The notes below the pieces were generated by a model. That model saw only the letters and a list, made by a program, of their open reading frames with translations, searched no databases and was not told where the DNA came from. Shown in pieces: positions 1 through 12,547 of a stretch of DNA of 64,000 nt. The position numbers and the translations under genes were made by a program. This DNA comes from Eledone cirrhosa (Eukaryota): positions 72,664,001 to 72,728,000 of the forward strand of contig OZ024747.1 in assembly GCA_964016885.1 (NCBI GenBank), given 5' to 3'. Every line of letters starts with the position of its first letter. Within the stretch, counting starts at the first letter, position 1.

Positions 1-253
1 AACAAGTCTGACCGCGGCAAGAGTGGGCGAAAAGAGGCAGAGAAGAGAGAAAACGGAAGTAGTAGGGGAGCAGAGAGAAGGAAAGTAAAAGTGAGAGGAA
101 GAGGGGGAGTGTCACGACAAAAAGCACCCAGCTCACACTGTAAAGAAGTGGTCGTGTAGGTGTCACGACAAAAAAGCACCCAGTACTCACTGTAAATGAG
201 GTTGGCGTTAGGAAGGGCACCCAGCTGTAGAAACCAAGCCAAAATCAGTTGGT

Positions 254-699
<446 letters not shown>

Positions 700-801
700 A
701 AACTGGAACGGGAACAAAAACAGAGGGGCAGTACAAACAAAGGTTTATTAGTTTCACGCTCTTGAGAGTGTGGGGGGGGGGGGCGACGTTCGGGCATACT
801 C

Positions 802-851
<50 letters not shown>

Positions 852-1626
852 TATGTACGAATACGTATATATGTGTGTGTTTTTATATACATGTAGAAAT
901 ACACACAGAAACAACTCCCTATTCCTCACCTCCTCTCTGTCTCACCCCCCTCTCTATCACACATACTTTATCTCTTCACTCACCACCGCCAATACCTCCA
1001 TCATACACACACACACACTCTCTCTCTTTCTCTCACTAGCCATGTACAATACATTTCATTAGTCCATTCCAAAGCTACTTGCATCAGTGCACAGATCGAT
1101 CGTCTTTCTCACCAAACATCACTCCAGATGTACACACACACAGACACAGGCACACACACGCGCGCGCGTATACTCCCCACCCCCACACTTATATTCATAT
1201 ACATGTAGTAAAATACCGATAATTTTTTTTTTCCTAAAAGCCTGTACAATACCTGTGGAAAATACGAAGGACAAATGATGACATGAAAAGAAACAAAAGA
1301 AAGTAATGTTTTACCCAGTATATTTTAGCCTCTATGGAATTGAAAAAATAAAAGCTTCTTCTAAACCTTATTATAAATACTCTGTCGGATACCATTTAGG
1401 GAACCATGACGTGGAGTGCTTAAGTTGGAACACATAGATTGTTGACCTAAAAATTATTTTTGAAAAGCATTAGAAATGCGCAACCGGTAAAAACTTAAAA
1501 CCAAAACTGAATACTAACCAATACCATTACTAATTAAACTATTTTTCACTGGGAACAATTTGTCAGCATTTTCTTTTCCTTTTACCAATATATCATAACT
1601 CGTGTGTTACACCTCTATTCTTTTAA

Positions 1627-1666
<40 letters not shown>

Positions 1667-1679
1667 GATTTATATATAT

Positions 1680-2452
1680 ATGATTTATGATATAATGCTC
1701 TGATTTTTTAATTTATTAATTCTTCATAGAGCTTAAAAGTGACCAGTTGCAACATGTATATATATATATAACTTTATGTATATGTTAACCTTTATATTTA
1801 ATAATCTCCCAATAGGTTGAGATTAAATTTGGCGATATTTGGCTGCGCTTTCTAGCAGCAAGCCTACCCGCCGTAAGCAACCAATCACATTCTTTCTCTC
1901 TGGCTTGACCACAACCACATAGCGTATCTTAGCCATTTTTGAATCTATTTTGGCGGGATCGGATTGAAAAACTAGATGTCTGATTTTGAGCTTGTCTTCT
2001 GATGAATCCTAACTCAGGACATTCCTATTATTTGGATGTCTAAAATAAGGAAGAAACCATGGTAGAGATATAATTACGGTATGTGCGCATTTCTTCTAAG
2101 TTTAATTGTACACCTAATTGTGTATGGTTGATAGTATATTTAGTCAGTTTCTACATGCTGTCGAAATGTTGGATAAATACTCGATTGAGGCCGCCGCGAA
2201 GAGGCTATGTTCGGTTATTTGTCGGAGATTTCCCCATAAGAGCATTTATTCTTATAGCTTGTTCTGATTGATTTTTTATATAGTTAGTTATGCTAATTAG
2301 AAGAAGAAATAGTATATATTTTATTATCTGATGATTCTAAAGACATGATTTATGATATAATGCTCTGATTTTTTAATTTATTAATTCTTCATAGAGCTTA
2401 AAAGTGACCAGTTGCAACATGTATATATATATAACTTTATGTATATGTTAAC

Positions 2453-2460
<8 letters not shown>
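1680..2460 (+). mobile_element. Retrozyme-like / non-autonomous Penelope-like element: 665-bp monomer plus ~116-bp terminal direct repeat
   Basis: 1680-1797 and 2345-2460 are near-identical direct repeats. There is an internal hammerhead at 1993-2070, (TA)n on both flanks and no meaningful ORF. Confidence 0.65.
1993..2070 (+). ncRNA. Type I hammerhead ribozyme with palindromic mini stem III
   Basis: tgtctt-CTGATGA-(a-tcct...ggacattcc/ggatgtct...agga-a)-GAAA-CCATGG-TA-gagata. Stem I is tgtctt/gagata with two G-U pairs; predicted GUA cleavage after 2064. Confidence 0.8.
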
Positions 2461-2511
<51 letters not shown>

Positions 2512-2641
2512 GAAGTTATATTTAATTTATTGAGATTCAACAAGCTTAAAAGTGTTATAACTGATATAAAGCACTCAACAGCTTACTGGAGTAAATATTC
2601 AATACATTAATAAATGGAAACCATATTTATAAAACCATAAT

Positions 2642-2706
2642 TATTTTATTATATATATTTCAAGGTCAACCAAGGCAATTTTGGTGCGCTTTCATCAGAT
2701 AAAATA
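2642..2706 (-). ncRNA. Type I hammerhead ribozyme (left arm of palindrome)
   Basis: Exact reverse complement of 2847-2911. Confidence 0.75.
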
Positions 2707-2846
2707 CAAAATATGTTTTATAAATGTTGACAAACCCGTATAAAAAATAACCTTGACAGTTGAAGGTCGCTGGACTATCCAGCGAACCTTCAACCGTCAA
2801 GGTTATTTTTTCTACGGGTTTGTCAACATTTATAAAACATATTTTG

Positions 2847-2911
2847 TATTTTATCTGATGAAAGCGCACCAAAATTGCCTTGGTTGACCTTGAAATATAT
2901 ATAATAAAATA
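2847..2911 (+). ncRNA. Type I hammerhead ribozyme (right arm of palindrome)
   Basis: tattttat-CTGATGA-aag.cgc.accaa.aattgcc.ttggt.tgac.ctt-GAAA-TATATA-TA-ataaaata. Perfect 8-bp stem I and palindromic stem III. Confidence 0.75.
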
Positions 2912-2971
2912 ATTATGGTTTTATAAATATAGTTTCCATTTATTAATATATTGTATATATATATATATATA

Positions 2972-4081
2972 CTAGCTGACGTACCCAGCTTCGCCCAGGT
3001 AAACAGATGATAAGAGAAGACAGGTAAAAGAGAAAATGACTATATTGGATGTTTGTCTGGTTACAGTATGAGGCGAGTCCGTGGTGTCTGTGTGATACAG
3101 AAAACAGTAACAAAGAATCTTCCAGATATACCAGATTCTTTGTTGTACCGTTTGTGCATAGTGTATGAACAATTCTAGGTGCTCCCACCTAGAATAGTGA
3201 CTTCTAGGAGATGGTTCATCTTCTGCCTGACTGTAAAACGTGTATCATTGCATAGACGTGGTTGTTCCACGTTTCTCAAAAGGATGATGGAAGTTACAAT
3301 CTTTTTTATTATATGTAGATATAGATAATTAATATAAAAGACGATGCTTAGCCAGTCCGTCTTCAACCATCGCAGCACGCCGTCGCTGCTTGGCTCCAGT
3401 GTTTCGTTGGCGTTGTTCAGCCAGCTCCTCTTCATTCATGGCGACACGTCTTCGCCTCTGAAGCTCGGAGTTCCGATGGCGCTTTTCGGCCCGTTTTTCT
3501 TCATTCTTGGCTGCACGCCGTCGTCGCTGTAGTTCACTGTTTGATAAAGTCGAATTGCTTTTATTATCAGTATTTGTTTCGAGCAATTGTCAAAAAATGA
3601 CACAATAATAAATATAAAAGATGTCCGTCAATGTAAAAAAAAGGTCCCTATTTACTCCCTTCACAACTCTGTGTATGTTAGACTGACAGACAGGCACACA
3701 GACAAACTGCGTGGCGATTGTGGTACGCCGCCCATACACACACATACACGCATGGAAACGCGCACACGCACGCAAACTTACACACGCACTCGTGCACTTA
3801 CACACACATGTTGATAGTTTTCACTTTCTGTGGAACACTGCACGCACGCACACACACATAAACATACGCGCACGTACATACACATGCACACATGGTAATA
3901 GTTACAGCGTTCAATTTGCCTCTCTGTTTTTTACTCTCCCCTCTCACTCCCTCATTAGCATTATGCATATTAATTTAAGTTTGGCGTCGTTGAAGTGGGC
4001 GGAGACGCTTGAAACCTATGAACCAATGATAATCGAGAATTATGACACGGAATAATGACGTTGTTGAAATTAATATATAGA
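2972..4081 (-). mobile_element. Non-autonomous Helitron derivative
   Basis: Minus strand begins A|TCTATAT and ends in a GC-rich hairpin (cctgggcgaagctgggt) plus CTAG|T. It contains a charged-repeat ORF remnant (3329-3586, NSELQRRRRAA repeats) of the kind seen at RepHel N-termini. Confidence 0.7.
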
Positions 4082-4270
4082 TATATACACAAGTGGGAGC
4101 TTAGTAAAATCGAAGCTTTGGCTGTGGCCAAGCAAAGTCGACCTACAATAGGAATGAGTTAGAAAATCACTCAATAAGGATAGGTCCTTAGAGTAATAAC
4201 ATTAGGTATCCCCTATGTTAGAGCGAAAACAAATTTTGTTTATATATATATATATATGTGTGTGTATATA

Positions 4271-4348
4271 CAGGGTGTCCCATAACAATGTATACATACT
4301 TCAACGGCATTCTAATAAATATGTGTATACATTTTTGGGGCCACCCTG
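4271..4348. mobile_element. 78-bp Tc1/mariner-type MITE
   Basis: TA|CAGGGTGTCCC...GGGGCCACCCTG|TA; imperfect ~26-bp TIRs and a TA target duplication. Confidence 0.75.
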
Positions 4349-5559
4349 TATATATACATGTGTGTGTATGTGAATGTGTAAGCCCTAAAAACTATATTCT
4401 CAATTGGTCTTCACCAATTGAGAATGTAGTTTTACGGGCTTACACATTCATGCACGCACATTTTTACTAGTTGATAGACCTTTGTGAAAATTTGCAGTAT
4501 AAAAACTTTAATTTTTAATGTGATGCACTCATAGTGCTCTTTTATACTTTTCAAGAATGTATTGTTAATGTTAGTTTTACATAGTAGAGGTCGTTAAAGT
4601 TTAATTTCACCAACAGACTGTTCCGTTTATCGAATAACTGGAACACTCATCATCGCTAGAACCGAAAGACGGAGATCCATTCCAAAGGTAAATTGGACAG
4701 ACGAATGAACTTTGTTATTTTCGACCAAAGAAAGGAAGAAAAAAGGGGGAAAAAAAAAGGAAAAAAATCAACAAAACAAAACAAGGGACAATGAATTTCC
4801 AACGTTGGAGACGAGCCAAGATCCTTCTTTGCTGTTAAAATGGAGGTTACTTCGTTTACTGCTTTTGTCATTTGGAAACAACAATATCGTCATCATCATC
4901 GCCATCACCCCCCCCCCCCCCCCCCTCTTCCTCATCAACAACAAAAAAGAAAAGAAAACCAAAAACTAACAACCTCAACTAATCAATAATGTACCAATCT
5001 ACCAGCCGAAAATATCGATATATATATTTTTTTTTTACTTTTTATCTCATTTTTGTTTTCTTTTACTCTTGCACTCGATGTTGTCTGGGAGAAAGACAAT
5101 TTAACTTTTAATGGTATGTTTGATCACAATGTTTATATTTATAAAATGTTGAATGATTTGTTCGTAGTTTGCTTTCTATTCCTTCGGGGTCGTTGATTAT
5201 AAGAACCAGTCATGTACTGGTGTCAATATAATCAACTTTTCCCTCCCGACAAATTGCCTTATTACATTGTTAAAATTTGTTTACACACAAAACCCACACA
5301 CCCACACACCAACACACACTCTGTTTTCGTCCTGTATTGTCATAATGTTTTTCTTGATGTAAACCCTTTGTAGTTAATAAAGAAATTATTATTTTTGGTC
5401 GTCGACAAGAGAAGACTTGTTTTTTGGAGGCTCCATGAGTTTCTAAATTTAAGTTGTTTTTTTTTAAATTGTATTTGATTTTTGCTACAAAGGGTTCATA
5501 GGACTTCCGTCTGTGCCCTGTAAAAAGAAGACTTTATATTTGGGCAAAGCATAAATGAA

Positions 5560-6270
5560 CTATGAGAGAAATTAGGCATAAGAGGTATCTGATACAGTGT
5601 GCAGGAGAGGAGATTGCATTGGTATGGACATGTGATGAGTATGAAGGATGACAGCTGTACAAAAAGGTGCAGGGCATTCAAAGTCAATGGAAGCTATGGA
5701 GTGGACAGGTCTAGGAAGACTTGGGATGAAATAATAAAAGCTGACCTTGCACAATTGCACTTCTCAAAGACGATGACACAGGGCCGTGATCTCTGGCGCT
5801 ATGCAGCAATACAGAAGACTTGCTTTCCCATATGCAAGAGCTGAGGCATACATCTAAAATGCACCACCTTCCCTCCCATACACATCCCACCCCTATATCT
5901 TCCTCCCCAATTCCCCATGCACCCCCCAATCCGTACTATAAAGCAACCATCCTGGAACCACAACAAGTCTACACTGTAAAGTGGTCATGTAGGTGACATG
6001 ACTAAAAGCACCAAAGCCCACACTGTAAAGTGACCATGTTGGTGATATGACAAAAAGCACCCAGCCCACACTGTAAGGTGTTCATGAACGTGTCACAACA
6101 AAAGGGGCCCAGTCCACACTGTAAATGTGGTTGGCATTATGAAGGGCATCCAGCTGTAGAAACCAAGCCAAAATCAGTTCTGTGTGAGAAAAACACAGTA
6201 CCCCAACCTGGCTGTCTCACACTGGGACAACTCGTCTAACCCATGCTAGAGTGGAACATGGACGTTAAAC
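5560..6270 (+). mobile_element. Older RTE 3' fragment with UTR
   Basis: ORF 5599-5844 (RRLHWYGHVMSMKDDS) is homologous to the RTE C-terminus and is followed by a decayed UTR. Confidence 0.8.
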
Positions 6271-6531
6271 AATAATTGTTTCTACTTTAAGCACAAGGCC
6301 AGCAATTACCCAGTGCATTACTGGTACTTTATTTTATCTACCCCGTAAGGATGAAAGGCAAAGTCAACCTCGGCGGGATTTGAACTCAGATCGTAAAGGG
6401 ACGTAACTAGGCTGGAAAGCATGGCGTCCGACCCTCTATCGATACTGATGACATATCTGTGTGGTGTTGATAGATGCAAGAATGAGAACTCTATAGCGAA
6501 TTAATATTCCTTATTATGGCAAAGTGATGAG

Positions 6532-6585
6532 TCTTGTTACTCAGGAGTTTTACCCGTGTATTCACAGGATCATCATCAGGCAAGA
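6532..6585 (-). ncRNA. Hammerhead copy with damaged core (left arm)
   Basis: Reverse-complement copy of 6589-6639 with GAAA>AAAA and a TGA duplication in the core. Confidence 0.6.
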
Positions 6586-6588
6586 CTA

Positions 6589-6639
6589 TCTTGTCTGATG
6601 ATCCTGTGAGTACACAGGTGAAACTCCTGAGTAACAAGA
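6589..6639 (+). ncRNA. Type I hammerhead ribozyme, intact
   Basis: tcttgt-CTGATGA-t.cctgtg.agta.cacagg.t-GAAA-ctc.ct.gag-TA-acaaga. Perfect stems I and II; predicted GUA cleavage after 6633. Confidence 0.9.
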
Positions 6640-6892
6640 CTCATCGCTTAGCCATAATAATAATTGTTTCTACTTTTGGCACAAGGCCAGCAATTACTGG
6701 TGGTTTATTTTATCGACCCCATAAGGATGAAAGACTAAATTAACCTCGGCAGGATTTGAACTCAGAACTCAAAGGGCGATAACTCCATGTTGCAAAGAAT
6801 AGTGTCTGATGTTCTACCGATATATCTATATATGTGAATATATATATATAATAAAAAACAATGAAGTTTTGTTTACATGTAGTTATGTTTTT

Positions 6893-6967
6893 ATTGTTAC
6901 ACGTTTCACACACGACTGGCTCAAGGTCACCCAACCAACTCCAGTATCGTTCTGCTCTTCAGACTGG
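6893..6967 (-). ncRNA. Degenerate hammerhead-like motif
   Basis: CTGAAGA-long stem II (acga.ta.ctgg...ccag.tcgt)-GAAA-cgtg-TA followed by AATAAA; stem I is only ~2 bp. Confidence 0.45.
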
Positions 6968-7373
6968 TGATTATATACCAAACGGTGGAGTGAGGAAGAA
7001 GAAAGTTGAAATTAATCAACATAAACAGCGTCATCCATGTCTAGTTGAAAGCTAAAATTAATTATGTATATTATCATTATTATTAATTCAAAGGGTGGTG
7101 GATTGGCAGAACTGGTAGAGTGTCGGACACACTGCTTTGCAGCATAGAGTTACGTCCCTTTATGTTCCGAGTTCAAATCCTGCCGAGGTTAACTTTGCCT
7201 TTCATCCTTACGGGGGTCGATAAAATAAAGTACCAGTAATGCACTGGGTAATTACTGACCTTGTGCCAAAAGTAGAAACAATTATTATAACTCAAAGTGA
7301 GTTTTGTCGGAAGAATTGAATATAAAAGAAATAGTTTGTAGAATCAATTCAGCCTTGGAGAGAAACTTTCATT

Positions 7374-7429
<56 letters not shown>

Positions 7430-7501
7430 AAATCAAGGTTTAGCAAATAAGAAAAAGTTTCAAAATAAATTTTAAAAAATTAACTTTACTCACTTTGGTT
7501 A

Positions 7502-7585
7502 CCTTTACCGGATCGGTTTCGAGTCTCAAAAATAAACGGACAGTCCATACGGCATCCGTTGCAAAGATAAACTCTCGTCAGAAGG
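7502..7585 (-). ncRNA. Type I hammerhead ribozyme with extended stem II
   Basis: cctt-CTGACGA-gagttt...aacgga...tccgtt...agactc-GAAA-ccg.atc.cgg-TA-aagg. It lies in a ~365-bp segment (7430-7795) bounded by (TA)n on both sides. Confidence 0.8.
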
Positions 7586-8009
7586 ATCTTTTCACTCGGA
7601 GAATATATAATTCCCGAGTTCAAATTACGAGCTGGCGCTATTCAAAATTGTTCCCCGAGATGAGAATGAATGATGTGGGAGCAATTCTTTCAATAGGCGT
7701 GTGTAAAGATAGAAGGAAAGGCAGGGAGGTCAACTTACTACCACTATAATTAGCAGCAGTCAGAACGACCAAATTTTTTTCTCGACAAGAGGAGATATAT
7801 ATATATATATGATATGCTATAATATATATATATATATATAATTGTTTCTACTTTTTTGGCACAAGGCCAGCAATTACCCAGTACATTACTGGTACTTTAT
7901 TTTATCGACCCCGTAAGGATGAAAGGCAAAGTGAACCTCGGCGGGATTTGAACTCAGACCGTAAAGGGACATAACTATGCTGGAAAGCATGGCATCCGAC
8001 TATAATATG

Positions 8010-8049
<40 letters not shown>

Positions 8050-9685
8050 ATGCTATAATTTTGTCCTATTCTCCGTCACGGTTGAGTAAAAATATAAGGC
8101 TGAAATAGACCGCTTCTTCTAACAGCTCTGTTACTCACCAATACTCCATCCTTTACTGTCATTCTTGATGACCATAAACCACGTGATTTTCTCCCTTTCG
8201 AAAACATCACTGTCAATGATCAGTTCTTGGAGAGAGAGAGGTAGTAAGTGTGTTGTGTGAATGTTTTCAGGTGAAAAGGCGGTAAGAATTACCACCGGAG
8301 GTTGGATGTAAGGGAGATTCTCTCAAAATTCAAGGGTGGCAGAGAGAGAGATTATTTGTGGAGGAGTATCAGATATACACAGACCCTTGCCCAAGGCTTC
8401 TCTCTTTGACTGTCAAATATAGGCTCTGATCATCATCAGTGCAGTAGATTGGCAGAGGCTTTGCAGTATTCATCCTAGTTGTCTTTGTTCTAAGTTCAAA
8501 TACCACCAAGGTCAACTTTGCCTTTCATCCATCTGGAGTTGTTAAGTACCAGTTAATTACTGAAATAACTGACTTCCTTTCTCCACAAATTGTTGGTTTT
8601 GTGTCTAAAGTAAAAAAATTATCATCATCAACATTATCACATCATCACTGTTGAATGTATTTTCCATGCTTGATTTAGGTTCTCACAAATCAGGTCAGGT
8701 GACCATGTCTTGATCATCTGGATCTGTATTTCAGCTTAGTTTCTCCAGCCATTCCTAACACCAACCATGTTACAGTGTGAAGTGCTTTTAGTCATGTCAC
8801 CAGCATGATCATCTTACAGGATGGACTGGGTGCTTTTTGTTGTCACCACCACGACCATCTTACAAAGTGGACTGGGTGCAATTTCATTGTATCACCACCA
8901 CGACCACCTTACAGGATGGACTGGGTACTTTTGTTGCTGTGACATCAGATCACCATACATGGTGGACAGGGTACTTCTTTTTATCACAATAGAAACACAA
9001 ACTGAATTTCAAAATTGTCAGAAAATGTAGTGCAAAGAAAAACAAAGAAATTCCATAGTTTGTCTAACAAGAGACCAACAACATCATCATCATCAACATT
9101 GTATTCAATTAAAAGGAAGACATTTGAAAGCAAATTAAACATATTTATTATATACATGAGCTCCACTGAGTGTTTTTTTTTGTCTTTTTTCTTTCATTAT
9201 TTTTATGTTCATTATATATTTGCGCTCAAATGTCCTGCGCGCGTGAAAATGTACGAAATGTGGTTTGTTGCTTGTGTTTGAGAATTATTATGCATTAGAT
9301 ACAGTCCAGCATGTATGTAAACATGCCACTGACAATGTGCATAGGTATTTTTCTATTTATGCGTGTGTGTGTGTGTCACTGTACATAAATGTGTTCGCGT
9401 GAGAGAGGGGTGGGAGAGAGAGAAAGAGAATAGGAATGCATGTGAATTTGTGAGAGAACGTATTTGTGTTTGTGAGAGAATGTGTATTTGTGAGAGAAAG
9501 TGAGAGAGCATGTGTATTTGTGTGTGTGTGTGTGTGTTTGAATGTAGCTTACATATGTAGGACATCTACAACACCCACACCAAATCTTCAATATGGAACT
9601 GCGGTCAATTACGTTAACCCCTATTTAAAATGTTTGGGGAGGAAAAAAAGGCATCAAAGAGGAGAAAGATATACATATATCTATC

Positions 9686-9727
<42 letters not shown>

Positions 9728-10109
9728 GTGAGAGAGACAGACAGAGAGGATTTGACGACAACTGGTGAATGAGAATGAAATGATTTATAACCTGCACAAG
9801 GTTTCCACACACCTGCAGAGTGACATTGATTTCATATATGCAAATAAATGAGTAAATGATTACATTTAATAGATAGCAGGTTTTGTTTTTTTGGTTATAC
9901 AATTCTCATTGAAAAAAAAAAACCCCCAAAAAATTCGTTTCTCACCCACATATACCAACACATCCACCTCGGAATATTTCGAACACGAGTGAAAGACAAA
10001 CTAATATCTTCCCACCATGGGGCAATCAATAACATCTGCTCATTTGTTAATGTTTCGTTTGGTTTTTCACTATATTTGTAAATTTTTAAACAATGATTAA
10101 AGCCCTTGC

Positions 10110-10980
10110 ATAATAATAATCATAATGGTTTCTACTATAGGCACAAGGCCAGCAATTTGGGGAGAGGGGGGAAAAATCGATTAAATTGACCCCAGTGCAT
10201 TACTGGTACTTTATTTTATCAACCCCTGTAAGGATGAAAGGTAAAGCTAACCTTGGCAGGATCTGAACTCAGAACGTAAAGGGCCGTAACAATATGCTGC
10301 AAAGCATGTTGTCCAATGCTCTACTGATACTGCCCTCTTACCTTTATAATAATAATGGTTTCTAATTTAGGCCAGCAATTTGGGGGAGGGTGATAGTCAA
10401 TGACACCAATACCAGTAAAGTGATTTATATTTTATCAACCTAAGGCTGAAAGTCCAAGTTGACCTCAGTAACATTTGAACTGACATTTATTTCTAAAAGT
10501 TGGCATGACATTAATTTTTTTTAGGGGGGGGGGGGTATTGCTAGTTGATTAAATCAAATCCAGTATTATATAATAGTTACTTTATTTTATCAATCCAGGA
10601 AGGATGAAGGAGAAAGTTGACCTTGGTGGGTTTGGAACCCAGAGTGTAAAGAGCCCAAAGAAATAGTGCAAGGGATTTTGCCAAATGCTCTAATAATAAT
10701 TGTTTCTACTTTTGGCACAAGGCCATCAAATTACCCAGTACATTACTGGTACTTTATTTTATCGACCCCATAAGGATAATAATAATGGCTTCTGATTTAG
10801 GCACAAGGACAACAATTTGGGGAGAGGGGAAAAATCAATTACTGGTACTTTATCGACCCCGTAAGGATGAAAGGCAAAGCTAACCTTGGCGGGATTTGAA
10901 ATCAGACCATAGAGGGCCGTAACTATGCCGAGAAGCATGGTATCCAACGCTTTACGGATACTGTTAATTCACCACCCTCA
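10110..10980 (-). mobile_element. Tandem cluster of ~5 full or partial SINE copies (others at ~8445-8615, 21940-22090, 58335-58485, 59215-59404)
   Basis: Repeated core ggatgaaaggcaaag...ccttggcgggatttgaa. Confidence 0.8.
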
Positions 10981-12388
10981 CTACTACTACAACTAATAAT
11001 AATAATAATTAAAATTATTATTGCGACAAAGGTGCCAGATGAGAGGGCAGGATAAAATTTGGAAAGAGGAGTGCAATCAATTAAAGTGATTCCAGTTAAT
11101 CACTGGTAACTTAATTTGTTGACAATGGAAGTATGAAAGGAAAAATTAAACTAGTTGAGATTTGAATACTAAATTTGAAGGGTGCCGGCTGGCTGTGGTT
11201 AAGAAGTTTGCCTCATAACTATATGGAAGCACATTGGAGGACCATCCTTCTTCTAGGCTTTAACTTTAACCACCACCAGCACCTGGCCCTTGGGTGCCCT
11301 TAAAGTCCACTTTATTTAAGGTCATGGTTACTACACCTCTTCTGCTGACTAAGTAATAAATTACTAAAGCCTTCAAGAAATCTTTGTCTAGTGCTCTATG
11401 GAATCTGCTAATCCGCCACCCTCCTCAATAATTTTTAACATAGGCACATATCTCACTGCCTTCAATAACAACAAAGGAAAATAGTTGATCATCAGACTGG
11501 ACCAAGAAAACAATGTTTCTATTAGTCTTTCCATTGCTGATACTATCTGCTTGCTCCAACATCTGATAAAAGGAGGTGTGATTTGAACTCAGAATGCACA
11601 GGGCCCAAGCAGATACCACAAAGCTTCCCATCTGATACTTTAACAGTTCTTCCAATCCACTGCTTCTGGACTGGTGGTACTTTATCAACCGCCACCTAAA
11701 GGATGAAAGGTAGACTTGAACTCAGCAGGATTTGAGAGTACAGTGAGCTGGAACGAATAGTGAGGCATTTAATCCAATACTCTTAATGATTCTGCCAATT
11801 CGATGCCGATGACTTGACTGTCATAACAACAACAATAAAGAATGTTGGAAGAGCTTATATTCTAACACACAACATTTTCAGCGTAATTCATTGCTACATT
11901 TATATGCAGCAAAAAATAAAAACTAGATTTGATAAATAAAGGACCAACATAACAGCATGTAAATTATTATTATTTTTTTTTTTGATTTTTCAATAAAACT
12001 TTTGCTATTGTTTTACAAAATTAATTCTAACGTTTAGTATTTCTTATTAAGACAGGTTGAAAGCCATTAATTGAGAAGAGAAGAAAAAATATGAAGCTGC
12101 AGTGTTGATGTTTTTTGTTTATTTTATTCACGATGGTTCCACCAACAGCTTCACTTACATGATAAATTATTATTATTATTATTCTTAAGGAAAAATGGAA
12201 AAAGTGGTGAAAAAAACCCCCCAAAACCAAGCTAAAATCCTGGTTTACTGAGAAATTAGTGCCTCATTATGGCATCACATTCAAAATATATTTAGTTAAA
12301 ATCTGCACCTTAAACCATGATGACCCATAGGGCCAGTGTTTATCTCAAATTTCCCTAGCATTTCTGCTATTGGGAAACTAATCTCTTC

Positions 12389-12547
12389 ACATCAGTTAAT
12401 AGGGTGCTACCACACCATCAGTAAATAGGGTGCTACCCTACCATCAGTTAATAGGGGCTACCCTACCATCAGTTAATAGGGTGCTACCCTACCATCAGTT
12501 AATAGGGTGCTACCACACCACCAGTTAATGGGGTGCTACCCTACCAC
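12389..12547. repeat. 26-bp minisatellite x6
   Basis: Unit catcagttaatagggtgctaccctac. Confidence 0.9.

Larger units (their letters stand above)
2601..2952. mobile_element. ~350-bp fold-back palindrome carrying a hammerhead on each arm
   Basis: Arms of ~174 bp are reverse complements with only a few mismatches and one indel; 3-nt loop CTA at 2775-2777. Confidence 0.85.
6511..6660. mobile_element. 150-bp fold-back palindrome carrying a hammerhead on each arm
   Basis: ttattatggc...caaga CTA tcttg...gccataataa; arms are complementary with ~6 substitutions and a 3-nt duplication. Confidence 0.85.
6271..8000. mobile_element. Cluster of the same SINE family: 6271-6446(-), 6655-6822(-), 7092-7287(+), 7838-8000(-)
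   Basis: Same A/B boxes, core and tail as 55921-56100. Confidence 0.85.

Noticed and set aside
7092-7185. tRNA-like sequences (also 39190-39253 and 55921-56010)
   Set aside because: A/B boxes are present, but they are SINE heads fused to core and tail sequences, not intact tRNA genes.
4620-10030. Isolated splice-donor-like sites (~4687 on plus, ~9943 on minus) suggesting other exons
   Set aside because: No linked ORF or acceptor could be established from sequence alone.
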